From the NCBI GenBank assembly GCA_964188305.1, contig OZ076889.1: DNA of 64,000 nucleotides; one strand, 5' to 3'. Source of the stretch: Podarcis bocagei. Lineage: Eukaryota. Shown in pieces: positions 23,420 through 35,590 of this stretch. The first letter of the stretch is position 1; each line of letters starts with the position of its first letter. The translations under genes were made by a program, and so were the position numbers. The notes beneath the pieces are model-generated. The model had not been told where the DNA came from. It saw only the letters and a program-made list of their open reading frames with translations, and did no database searches.

Positions 23420-24390
23420 AAATTTATTACCCTCCCTTCACCAGCAGGTCTCAGGGTGGGTTACAATTATTTAAAATTAAACATTAAAAATACTGAAAAC
23501 AGATTACAACCACAGGAATAGGGTGGCTTCTTAAACCTATATCTCAAGTGTCAAAGATAAAGATCAAGAGTTGTGTTGATCCCTCAATTCTAAGTATTTG
23601 TTTTTTTAATTTTTCAGCAACATTTATATGCTGCTTGCAGTAAAACCTCTAAACAGCTTAAGCAGCTTACAAGAAATGTTAACATTATCAATAAAAACAG
23701 TTAAATATAATTAATGCTAACAATAAAAAGATAAAACGCATCAATACCTACCTATCTGGATAGGCTTGCCTAAAGAAAAATGCTTTAAGTTGATGCCAAA
23801 AAGAGTACAGTGAAGATGCCTGCCCGGAAAAGGTCAAGTGGGCACAAATGGGGTAAAATGATTCCACAAATAAACCAGCTGTTAAGGACTTCATATACCA
23901 ATAGTAACACCTTGAACTTGGCCTAGTAACAAATTGGCAATCAGTGCAAATCTCTCAGTGTTTTATGCTGACAGCACCTCACTCTTGTGAGCAACCATGC
24001 TGCAGCATTCTACACCAACTGGAGTTTCTGGGTCATGCACAAGGGAAGCCCCACATAGCATGCATTGCAGTAATCTAATCTTGAAGTCACCAGTACCTGA
24101 ACTACCATGGTCAAGCTCTCGAAGTAGAGAAATGGTCATAGTTAATTAAAGGCACTTCATGCCACTCAGGCTACCTGGGCCTTCAGTGACAAAGCTGGAT
24201 TCAGAAGGACACCCCGCCCCCCCAGCCTGTGTACCTGCTCCTTCAGAAGGGAGTGCAACCCTGTCCAAGCCTGGCAAATGACCAATTTGTCAGACCCAGG
24301 AACAACTTCCTCACAGTGCCTCCCATCTTGCCAGGATTCAAGCTCAACTTATTTTTCTCATCCATCCCACCACTGCATCTAGGCAACTAC
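23420..24390 (-). mobile_element. Old L2 LINE fragments (two 3' ends and part of the ORF2 C-terminal region)
   Basis: Reverse-strand L2 hallmarks: caccttgaacttggcc, gcagcattct, gcattgcagtaatctaatcttgaag, ggattcaagctcaactt. Confidence 0.65.
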
Positions 24391-25246
24391 AAGCTCCATT
24401 GTTCATTTTGCTCTTACTTATTTCCAGGTAGTACTTCCAAAACCCTTTTTGTGGTCTCCTGCTGCTCATGACCCCTGCTGCTTGTTCTGCCTTCTAGTTG
24501 CTGATCTTTGGGCATGAATCACATGGTTAAACTGCAGGCCCTAGGCTTCTTGTTTGCTGCTGCTCACAACCCTTGTGACATCATAAGGAGCAGTGATGCT
24601 GTGTGATTTTAGCCTATGTCAGAGGTTGGACTGTGAACTCTAAATTTATTGAGCTCAGTTATTGCAGTCTTAATTTCTCTACAGCAATTTGATGGATGGT
24701 AGAAATCAGAATTCAGCTGAAGTTTCCATTTTATTTTATAATGATTATATTTTATTGGTTTTGTAAGTAACAGTAGGCCAAAGCCTTGCCCACTGGTATC
24801 ACATGACATCATATCACATTAGGTGCCAGGCAGGTAAAGCTGCAGTGCCAGATTGAAAAGGAAAAATTAGAAGGACACTCTAAAGTGTGCTCATTATTCT
24901 TCCTTTGCAACCACAGATTTAAGGTTGAATTACCTGCTTCTTGCATCCCCCCGCCTTTGGAAAAACAACAGCAAGTTCTCAGTCCTTTGAAAATCTGAAA
25001 CCTTGAGAAACGCAGTGAAGCACAATTATGCAACTCTTTGTACGGTAATTTGTGTTGCTTTCTATGTGGTGTTGTTGAGTTTCCTTGAAAGACTCACAGA
25101 GTTCCAGGTAGGGAGGTAAAGACATGTGAAGACTGATTGATTGATTTGCTTCTAAAAGCTGTATCTTAAAACCTACATTGCTCAGAGTGTACTCCTATCA
25201 GTTTCCAGAATCCAGGCTAACTAATTATATTTTCTCTGTTCTGAAG

Positions 25247-25441
25247 GTAGGGTGGTACAATGCGGTCCTTTCTCCAGCTTTTCACTTGCCCTACTTGGAT
25301 GACACTCTGGCATTTGTGGTGCTTAGCACTCCTGCTATGTTTGACAAAGCCTTCAAACCTTTCTTGAGGAATGGGCCACTGAAAAAGATTCGTGACCCTG
25401 TGGACCAGTGCATTTCTCATCACCTCACATTGCTTAGGGAG
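25247..25441 (+). CDS. MMACHC: MMACHC exon 2
   Basis: [40 protein letters not shown]...[16 protein letters not shown]. 195 nt, AG/GT boundaries, same length as human exon 2. Confidence 0.96.
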
Positions 25442-25633
25442 GTAAGAGATTTTGATGCATACAGACAAGTCATGGAGAGAGTAGCTATATTCGCTTTCCT
25501 AAAGTCAGCCCCATTGAACTCATTGGGGCTTACTTCTAAGGCTATGCACAAAGCCAGTGATGTCTCTAGCATGAGACGATCGAACTTTGTTTTCTCCATT
25601 TCACCTCCACTACAGTCACCCAGCTTCACTATA

Positions 25634-25885
25634 CAGTGGTACCTTGTGTTACGGATGGGGTCCGTTCCGAAGGCCTGTCCGTAATGTGAAAAGCCCGCAA
25701 CTCGAAGCGCCGCGTCTGCGCAGGCATGCGGCACAATTTGGTCTTCTGCAGATGCACAATTTAGCCCTACTGCGCATGCGCGAGCGGCGAAACCTGGAAG
25801 TAACCCATTCCGGTACTTCTGGGTTGCCGCGGGACGCAAGATGAAAACACGCAACCTGAAGCGGACGTAACATGAGGTATGACTG
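25634..25885. mobile_element. Tc1/mariner (Tigger-like) MITE
   Basis: TA-CAGTGGTACCTTGTGTTACG ... CGTAACATGAGGTATGACTG-TA, with a CpG-rich interior. Confidence 0.85.
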
Positions 25886-26410
25886 TATTTGAATAAATGT
25901 TGTAAAGGCTTGAAGGTCATTCAGAGTGGTTTTTCTTGTTCTGCCACTTTGAATATTAATTCAAATCTTTATCAGCAATGTATGGAGACTTTTAAAAAAG
26001 AAGCCATTGTGACAAACCCAGGGAACTGGAAGAATTTGCTTTTGGGTTAAGAGCTGTTTGTAGACTACATTGGCGGTCATGCTTCACCTGTATGTGAGAA
26101 GATTTGTGAACTCCTTAATGGAACTGGGTGGAATAATTCTGGAAATCCTGAGAAAGAATTCCCAATATAGGACAGATTTTCTAAGGCAGGTCAGCAAAGT
26201 GACACATGCCTCAGAGTTTCATAATACACAAGGCTGTAGCTCCTTTATCAAGAGGTCGCATTGCTCGTTCAACAAGACTAGAGGCCCAGCTTGGAGCAGG
26301 GGACAGAGTGAGGCTGGGGAATGTAGACTGGCTTGCTACACCATCCCATATTACCTGTAGCCAATCATCTTCAAATGTGAGTTTGATCTAATAAAAATTC
26401 CTCTTTCCAG

Positions 26411-26563
26411 AGTCTTGCTGACCAGCAGGTAGACATCATGTATGACTATGAGTTGCTGCCCAACCGGAAGCCCAAGTTTCTGGCCCAGACAGCGGCACAT
26501 ATAGCTGGTGCTGCTTACTACTACCAGAGGAAAGATGTGCAACAAGATCCCTGGGGAGAGAAG
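26411..26563 (+). CDS. MMACHC: MMACHC exon 3
   Basis: [51 protein letters not shown], containing the PNR(R/K)P loop and HxxG motif. 153 nt. Confidence 0.96.
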
Positions 26564-26903
26564 GTGAGATTTAAATTAGAGCAGGAGAAGCAGCAGAGGG
26601 GTGCTTGCTTCTTGGAGAGCCATTGATAAACTGTGACTTTCTTTTGTTTCAGAAGATTTAGTGTGTTTTCTAAATGTTTTATTGGGTGACTTCTTTCTCT
26701 CTGTCTGTGATGTACGATGATCAGGAACGCACCCTCTCCTTGCATTGACCCAATACAGATCCATATTTTCCATCAAGAAAATGCACATTCTTCTCTTAGA
26801 TAAATTATGAAATTAAGGGGTTTGTTTTACTTTATTATAGTGTTCATATTATTTTTTTCATTATACTTTGTCAAGGACTTGGATGGCAGAAGACATAAGA
26901 ATA

Positions 26904-27239
26904 CAGTGGTGGCCCGCAAGACGAATGCCTCGCAAGACGGAAAACTCGCTAGACGAAAGAGTTTTCCATTTTGGAGGTGCTTCGCAAAATGAATTTCCTA
27001 TGGGCTTGCTTCGCAAGACGACAATGTCTTGCGAGTTCCTGCTGGTTTTTTTTCCTTCCCCCCCCCTTTTCTAAGCCGCTAAGCCGCTTATCAGCTGATC
27101 CGATCAGCAGATAAGCCGCTAAAAGCCGCTAATAGCGCTAATCCGCTAATCCGTCAATGGGCTTGCTTCGCAAGACAAAAAAACCGCTAGACGAAGAGAA
27201 TCACAGAACGGATTCTTTTCGTCTTGCGAGGCACCACTG
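26904..27239. mobile_element. Tc1/mariner MITE with internal CGCAAGACG and TAAGCCGC repeats
   Basis: TA-CAGTGGTG...CACCACTG-TA. Same family as 57667-58009. Confidence 0.85.
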
Positions 27240-28031
27240 TAGTCTTCTCTAGCACTGGTTGAAGCTACAGGAAGGCAGCCATTAGTGTGTCATGTTTTGC
27301 TTGCTAAGGTTTGAGATTTCAGCAAATGTTTCCTCCACGGTTTGAAAACGTTCCCCCACATGTTTAAGCTTCATAGCTGCGTTTTTTAAAAGTTGCTTTT
27401 AAAAGTAATTTTAGGTAGGCTGCCCAATATTAGCTATTTTCAGAGTAGATCCACTGAAATGAACGTACTGGTACATTACTAATTAATTTCATGGTGGCCT
27501 ACTTTGAGTAGTAAATTATTCCCTGGCATTTCAGTGACAGTGTCAGTTGTCTGCAATAATTAGTGAGATGCCCTAAAGCAGGGCTGAGGAACCTGTGACC
27601 CTTCAGATATTGCCAGTCTGCAACCAGTAATCCCTGCCCATTGGCTGTGATGGCTCAGGCTGGTCAGAATTGGAGTTGAACAACATCTGGAGGGCCACAA
27701 GTTTTCCATCCTAAAGGATTTCCTACCAAGGATACTTTCCCCTTTCTAATATTATAAAGCACTGTAGCAAAACATTTTGGAAGGGCTGTAGTTTGATGGT
27801 AAAGTACATGCTTTTTGTACAGAAAGTCAACAAAACAGTTCATTCAGTGGGCTGCCTTCCAAGTAAACATGCGTAGGGCTGGGCGGCCTGCAAGTTAACA
27901 AGTCACTCTTTGTTTACTTATCTAACTGGCTATGCAATCAGGTCCTAGAATGGAAACTAAGGCTGAAATCTTATGATCTCAATGGGACTGTATGGGACAT
28001 GTACTGTATGGGATTGCACTTAGATGCTTTG

Positions 28032-28033
<2 letters not shown>

Positions 28034-28081
<48 letters not shown>
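28034..28081. repeat. (CA)n microsatellite, about 24 units
   Basis: Read directly from the sequence. Confidence 0.95.
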
Positions 28082-28083
<2 letters not shown>

Positions 28084-28178
28084 GATGGCCATCTGTCATG
28101 GATGCTTTAGTTGAGATTCCTGCATTGCAGGGGGTTGAACCTCAGGGCCCCTTCCAACTGTACAGTTCTATGATTCTA
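28082..28178 (+). mobile_element. CR1 LINE 3' end
   Basis: ggatggccatctgtcatggatgc...gattcctgcattgcagggggttg...ttctatgattcta. Related copies lie at 3272-3361 and ~32875-33050. Confidence 0.8.
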
Positions 28179-28261
28179 CGAAGATAGTATGTTGGTTGTG
28201 ATGTTTTCACCTCTGGTTTACTCTTTTTTACATTATTACAAAAACCTGCAAACCCCACTGG

Positions 28262-28836
28262 ATGTTGTTGGCATCCATCTATCTTGAGAAACAATGGAGT
28301 GCACCTCTGGGGGTGAAGTCAAACTGTTGCATTAGCAGCACCAAAGTGACTTCCCTGGGGCACAAGCCTGGGCAGTGTATATGGAGGTCCTGGGCTGACC
28401 AGACAACAAGACCTCCCTCTCAGTCCTGCTCATGTGGTCCAAAAGAAAGCAGAGCAATACATTTGGCACCAGCTTGGCTGCAGGAGTTTCCAGAAGCAAC
28501 TTGGAGACTCCACTCTGGATTTGTTTAGGGTTTACTCTTTAGCCTTTTCTTCTCCAGAAGGTATCCCACAAGGCAGCAGAGGTTTAGGACCAGAGTTTTC
28601 TTTCTCCTAGATGAACTACCTTTTCAGGTTGACAATCCCCACTCTCCCTTCACTTCCCTCTACAGTACATGCAGAAACTGCCTTCTTGACCATTTGCCCC
28701 ACTATTGGTCTCATCCACTCAATCTACTGGAGCCTGTCTTTGCATGCAAGGAAAGTCCCTAACTCACCAAGGTTTTGAGTCCTACCAGCTACCCTCACCT
28801 TGTTTAGCCAGCCAGTCGAAGCGGTTTTCCAGGGTG
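28262..28836 (-). mobile_element. Non-autonomous RTE-derived retroposon (joined 5' and 3' parts)
   Basis: Recalled similarity to a squamate RTE-like family (ggcatcc...caatggagtgcacctctgggggtgaagtcaaac; ttctcctagatg...ctaccctcacct...tttagccagccagtcgaagc). No ORF. Confidence 0.5.
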
Positions 28837-29354
28837 CAGGAAAAATGTGTCTGTGCACCATGAGAATATCTGTTTCTCTCAAATCACTTCAGATTCCCTT
28901 CTAAACTATCTCCAGCCTACCTGAAGGTTGTGCCTCCATGATCACAAGAGCCTGAGGTGTAGCAGGAATGGAACCAGCCCAATTCCTATTAAGTGATGGC
29001 AACATCTCTCCCCCCACCCCCATTAATTTATTTGCTTCTCTCTTACACATTCTCCACTAATACATAAACTACATACATAATACGTAATACCAACTACATA
29101 AACTCATACAGTCCAAACAAAACAAATACATCCTTTCATGTACTTCCCTTCCACTTCTTCCATGTTTCTTATCTCTTTATCTCTTGCTATATAACTTACA
29201 CTCACATCCTGCTAGGTGCCAACCTTACACCTTGAAGAGAAGCTTTCTTAAATCTTTAGGTTATATTTGTCTATTACAATATCTTTCCTTTTTCCCTGTG
29301 AGATGTAAAGATTGGCAGGCCTTTTAATTCACTCAGCCTTTTTTCTTTCTCCAG

Positions 29355-29666
29355 AAGATCTATGGCGTCTGCATCCACCCACGTTACGGAGGCTGGTTTG
29401 CTATCCGGGCTCTCCTGCTTTTTCCGGGTGTTGAGGTGCCTTCCTTGCTGCAGAAAACTCCGGTTGATTGTGTGACAACAGAGGAAAAGAGAATAGAACT
29501 TCTGGAGAAGTTCAATTTCCACTGGCGGGACTGGAGCTATCGGGACATTACTGAAGTGAAGGAGAAGTACTCGGAGGAGCAAAAAACGTACTTTGCAACT
29601 CCTCCAGCTGAACGGTTAAAATTGCTGACTCTGCAAGGAGGATTGCAAAGGAATGCAATACACTGA
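29355..29666 (+). CDS. MMACHC: MMACHC exon 4 (last); protein 246 aa
   Basis: [24 protein letters not shown]...[12 protein letters not shown]...[13 protein letters not shown]...NAIH*. The GGWFAIR and HWRDWxYRD motifs are conserved. Confidence 0.96.
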   Translation, partial: KIYGVCIHPRYGGWFAIRALLLFPGVEVPSLLQKTPVDCVTTEEKRIELLEKFNFHWRDWSYRDITEVKEKYSEEQKTYFATPPAERLKLLTLQGGLQRNAIH

Positions 29667-32600
29667 GTTGCTGTTCTCCTGGCCCAAGGGGGACTCATAG
29701 CCTATTCTACTGTATCCACTTCCGTGGAGGGAGAAATGGGTGGTTTACTTGGGGACCCAAGCTGTAGTCCTGGACACACTTGCTAGGAAGTAAGACCCAT
29801 TGAACACAGTGGGGCTTTGTTACAAGTAAATATGTCTAGGGTTGCACTGTAATATTAGTTACACTAAAAGCCTGTGAATCCAGGTGTAGGAACACTAGTC
29901 GTCCATCCCCCCATTATTATTTTTTAGAGGAATGTAATTTTTAAAACATGCTGCTGTATTTAATTTGAGGGTATTTAAAAATGCTTTTTCTGTGAGAGAG
30001 ACTCTGGTAGGTGGTGTAGTTATTTTTCTTCGGTTATGAATTCAGGAGAGATATTTTTGTAAATGGCACTTTTGCTGTCCTGTGTGAGAGATGCCCCACG
30101 AAGCAGTTGTTTTTGAAGGATGGTGTTGTCTAGTCCTTATTATAGTCTAAAGTCATTTCAGCTTCTCAGCATTGCTTCTGAGGCTTTGAAATCATTTTGT
30201 TCCAGTGGTTTCTTTTTTACTTTCCACTCCTGTTCAAAGGACTAGAGATGTTGTCTAACTCGTGTTGTGAAGGGGAGGTGATAGTAAAACTGAAGGAAGC
30301 AAAACTGTCTGGCTCTTTCTGTTACGAGTCTTTTGTGGCATTCATGCTATGTTGCAAGGCTTTTTGGAGAAAGTACATAGCCTTGAATTAGAATATTAGA
30401 CTAGGAATGCAAGTGTCACCCAGTCCATTCCTGCCAGGACCTACAATATTACTGTTGGCATGGGTGAAGTGCTAGGTATTTCTGTAAGGGTTATTGACAA
30501 GAACTTGCCTTGCTGTTCACATATTTTAAGAATTGGCACTCGCTAATAATTCATAATGTGCCTGACATTTTCAATACCCTCAGCAAAGGTTAAAGACTGC
30601 ATCCAATGCTGCACATGCAGTGTTTTTCTCATGCAATGGAAAATTCCCTTCCTTTCCCAGCACACACCCCAGATTCTGTTCTGGAGGGTATCCCAACTCT
30701 CTGGAGCAGATTTTAAGGGTTTTTCAGGGGGTTGCACAGGAGAGGAGGGGGAAATTTAATTGTACAAGTGGAAGTCTGTTAACACAGTGAAACAACAACA
30801 TGGATGCAACCCCAAGAAAACAATCCAGTCTCTACCTGTAAGCTTACTATACAAAAGGTAGAATGGGATAAAGAGAGTACATTGAGGTATTCTGCATAGG
30901 TTACAAAAATGTTTCATGACCTGGCGGAATGGCTGCTGAGGCAGTTCTGGGAGAAGAGTCTGTAGTCCTGAGTTGAGCACAGGTTGGGGAATCTCCAGTT
31001 CAACATATGGCCCCAAGTCATGCTGCCTGAATTCTGGTATTTTGAATTTTGGATGCTGAAATTGCCCGATGTGTGGTATAAAATCACTCATGCCCTACTC
31101 AGAATCTCCCACCTGCAAATGGAATCTCGCTCCTTATTCTGTGCTTGAGCAGCTGAGGAATAGGCTGGCTGCCCTGTTTAGTGAAGGCCGACCACACTTC
31201 CCTCCTCCTCCTCCTCCTTCTTTCTCTCTCTTTGTCTCTCTCCCTCCCTCACACACAGCAGGTCATGTTACATTGGGAACTTATGCATGGCATGCAAGGC
31301 TCACAAAAAAATTAACATGGGAACAATCTGAAGTTGTACTCTGTTGGCGAGTTTGGGCTCATCGTGTCTGTGTGTGTCAGCTGTTTGCCTCCATGGGGCT
31401 CAAATCCGTCTGCATTAAGCAGCAAATTGGGTGTTTAATCCCTACTTGCTGGCACCATAAGCAGTTGGGATTGGAAGGCCACAACTGAAAGATTTGTGTC
31501 TGCAGTCTGCCAGGCTATGGCTAATTTCTAAATCCCTCACAGCCTCCTCTCCACATGTCTTCCCTTTGCCATTCAGCGGCTAAGGCTGAGTGGCTGTTGT
31601 GGAGTCTGGAGAGCACCGTTGTGCACAGTACTACCTCTGTATGCAGCTTGCACAGTCAAGCATTTGATGAGCAAGAGAGATTCTGTAGGGAGCACACCAG
31701 CTTCCACATCCCAGTGATGGAAGGTAGCTGCCATCCAAACAATTAGTGCTCTTATTTGAATCGGTTTCTGATGTACAGCATGGGGCCATATCCTGATTTT
31801 ACTCTAGAAGTGGATAGGTTGTGGCTACACTTGGGCAGTATTTAATTTAAACTTGGGCCTGGGGCAAAACTGTGGACTATTGCTACCCAACTTTGTTAAA
31901 TGTTTTGTAAAGTGAAATTATACTAGGTTATGTGCATATTATCTGAACATCCTAGGGCAACCTTCCCCATCTTGACCCCACGCCCTGGCTGATGTTTTTG
32001 GACTTCAACTCCCATCAGTCCCAGCTAGCACAGCCAATGGTTAGGGATGATGGGAGCTGTAGTTCAATACTTGGAGGGCACCAGTTTGGTGAAGACTAGC
32101 TGGCTGGGTGTCAAAGGAGCTTTCCTGTCCACCTTTTCTCTGCTCTACACTGAAATTTGCCAAGCCCAGTAAGGCTAACAAATAACCTCCCCACGCTTGT
32201 CAGCAAAGGCCACCTGTACTGCAACGTGGGGAAACTAAGATAAAATATTTTATATGTTTGTAATTATTATTACTCCAGGTTATAACTAGAAAATGGAGCA
32301 TTGAACAGGCTCAGAATCAGAAGAATAAAATGTAATTGTAAAACCGCACTATTTAAAAAACACAAAAATGCCATTAAGAAGACAATAATAATCAGCTGAG
32401 TAGTATTAAATGTCCTGTTCCAAGAATGGATAACATAAATTATGTCCCCTTCTTTCTTTTTCCCTTCCCCCATCCCACAACAGCTGTGGGGTACCCAGCA
32501 TTAAGCTGGAGAATTGCCAAGTCAGATTGCTTTGGAAATATCTCCCTAGTGGCAGCAGCTGAGCTCAAGAAAATGGGCAAGTGGAAATGAACAGAGCAGT

Positions 32601-35053
32601 AAAACCATAGGCCTGAATTCCCCCATATTAAATGCTTTCCCCCACCCTCAGGGCTGGCCTCTGCGTGAGGCAAGATGAGCCTCAAAACTCTGGTGGTGAA
32701 CCCAGAAGGGAGGGCAGCAGAATGAGCACATGCCCCCACCATCCAGCCCACCACTGTGGCCACTACTGCTGGGTGGCCACCATTGGTGCCAGTACCATTG
32801 GTGCCTACTATCTATGCCACTCCCAGCATGCATCCTGCTGCTATTATCCCCCTGCAAGCATGGGCCAGTCCCGAGAAAGCAGATGTCAATTAAACATCAG
32901 GATGAACTTTTTGACAGTGGAATGGACTCCCTCGGAAGGTGGTGGACTCTCCTTCGCTTAAGCAGAGGCCATCTGTCATGGATGCTATGGTTGAGATTCC
33001 TGCATTGCAGGAGGTTGGACTAGCTGACCCTTGGGGTCCCTTCTATGACCCCCCCAAAGAGAGACACTGAGAGAACTGGCTACGTATGCTCTCTGCTGTT
33101 GATGAGCAGGAGGGTCCCATAAGTTCCTGCCACTGTTATGGGGAAAAACTAAGCAGTTTTTGCTACCACAGCAAAGCAGCCACAGGTCCTTGCTCCACCT
33201 CCATCTCTTCACACATAAGGCAGCTTTCTTCCTCAAAGCATGGCACTGTGGGTTGAGAAGGCTACAGAGATGAGATCTGCAAGTCCACCTGTTGTCACTT
33301 TGCCGCGTTGGCAAAAGCTCTTTAAGCAGGAAACTATTACACTTTAAGCAGTGCTTGCCATGGCAAATCAGAAGCACAGACAACATTCATACAGTGTGCC
33401 TTTCCAGGGCCCACTTGCCCCGCAATGCCTCACTCTGAATAAGGATCATTCCTGAGAGAAAAGCATTGTGCAGTAAGTGATAGCAGCCACACAGGATGGT
33501 GGAGGAGGGGACAGGGAGGCAATCAGCTTGGTGAGCACGATTTGCTGCTCCACCTCAGACAGCTAAATGTCTTGAACCAGCCCTGCTTCCCCACACTTAG
33601 TTGCAATGTATGGGAGTTTTGAACTAAAGAGAAATTCAAGGATGTATGTTTTCCTCCCTTTTAGTACAGGCACAACACCATACAGTCCTTTCCTTGCAAG
33701 GTTCCTACAGTTGTGTAATATGTGTAGTTCAGCTTACCTGAATTGCCGAATCCTTCATGCCTGCTCACCTAGATGCTTCTGCTCTTAAAGAGTTTTCTCT
33801 TCTTTATTGCAAAATTTGGGGTTTCAAGGTAAAGAGCCCTTGGAGGGGGGCCTAGGGAAAAGGCCATGTTGATCATTTACCACCATGCTGTACACTGAAA
33901 CTAGCTTGAATTGATGAAGGAACTATTCTGGAAAGCTAATTTGAAGTGTCCTGTTTACTCATAGTTTTTGCTTGATTTATTCATGCTCTTTCAGTCTGGC
34001 AAAATGTTTCCCATGTTATTTTAGTATTTCTAATTAACTAGAGTGAACATGAATGATTAGGGGATGTGTGGTTGGGTTTTGTTTTTTTGCTGAACTCAGC
34101 ATTGCTTTCAGCCAAGGCCAGCTGGGCCAGAAGCCTGCTCTCTTGGGTCAATGAGTAACATTTTGGATCTCAACCCCCTTATTAGCATTTCCGCCAGAGG
34201 AGAGGAAAAGGCAGTAATTCTTTCTGCAGTAACCCAGGCTTCACATGCCAGTATCTTGATATTTGTCAGGACATAAAATTGTTGGCATTCAGAGCAAATG
34301 TATTTGTAACAGAAATATGAAGTAATGTGTTGGATGAGCCTCCTTCTGCGTTGGATGGTTGGTCCTTTGCTTTCCATGTGGGTACCAGGTTTGAAAGGAA
34401 GTCTAGTCCTTTACAATTCTGACTGAAGCTGTTCTGGCTGAAGATTCAAAAGACAGAACAATTACTTATAGTTCTTTGTAGGCCGAAGAAGTTGTGCCAC
34501 GATGTGGCAGGGAAAAGACACCTTCACGGAAGATTGAAAACTAAAAAGAAAGCAGAAACCTGGGGGTCAAGTAGCAGCGCGTTTGTGCATAATTTGCCAG
34601 CTTTTCAGTTAATACAAATATAGAGACGTCTCAGCCAACTATGGTTGGTGTAAAGCTTACACTGTAAACCATGGTTTCCCATTAGATCTGAATCGAAAAT
34701 GTGGACCTCATAGCCTCTTCACAATGTGACCCTGGCTTCTCACACAAAGGCCTGCCTGTCCAGTTAGGTGCTGCTGTCAAACTGTACAAAGTTAGGAGCT
34801 TTATATCTATCTACCCATCAGGCTGCCACTCACAAAGGTTAGATAATATACGGGAGGCGATTATTATGTACAAACCTTTTGGATTTTGTTTAAGGTATAA
34901 ATATTGCCTATACGCAACATGGTTACATTTTGGGTTTTAAAGGGAAGTTCAATAAACTTGGTTATTTTGCCATCTCAGATTCAGTAGTGTGGAGCACCAC
35001 TTATTTCACTGCAAGAAGTCCTCTCCTTAGGCACTATTTGCCAGCCCTTTGCA

Positions 35054-35590
35054 TCTACTACATATTTTGGAAAGTGATTTGTCCATCTATCTGTCCCTCT
35101 GTTCTTCATAGGTTCAGCTGCCTCATGAGATACCATTGCCATACTTGGCACGAGGGTTCCTGGGCTGCGGGTGGAGAGCGGGACAGTTGTTGTTGGAGTT
35201 TGGATTCTGATTGCCATTTTGAATCAAGGTGGAGAACCCAAATGTTACTTGGGAATGACTTTGCCCAATTTTTTTTGTGTAGGTTCAGCTACCTCTCAAG
35301 GTATCACCACCAAACTCAGCACGAAGGGTGGCAGACTTTGTCACTGTTTGGATGCCGGGTGCCATCTTGATTCAAACCAAAACGTGACTTTGGCGTGACT
35401 TTTTTGGCATAGTTTTGGCTGCCTCCAGATATCGCTGCCAAACTTGGCATGAGGTTTCCTGAAGTGGGGACAGCAGTCTTCATTGACATTTAGATGCCGG
35501 ACACCATTTTGATTCAGACCAAACCCTAGAAGGGTGTGTGTGTGTGGTGCCATTGGTCTCCACCATGCAAGCAAGTCTCACTTGCTGAGA
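35054..35590 (+). repeat. Three degenerate ~150-bp tandem units, possibly a non-autonomous Helitron-like element
   Basis: Repeated blocks aggttcagct(g/a)cctc...cca(a/t)act(t/c)(g/a)gca(c/t)ga...gtttggat...ccat(t/c)ttga(a/t)tca begin near 35110, 35281 and 35411. The element starts at A|TC and has a short terminal hairpin. Confidence 0.5.

Noticed and set aside
25420-25920. 166-aa antisense ORF in MMACHC intron 2
   Set aside because: It runs through a GC-rich MITE and has no coding signature.
26904-27239. Spaced CGCAAGACG repeats resembling a CRISPR array
   Set aside because: The repeats are too short and irregularly spaced, lie inside TA-flanked TIRs, and no cas genes are present. This is a eukaryotic MITE.
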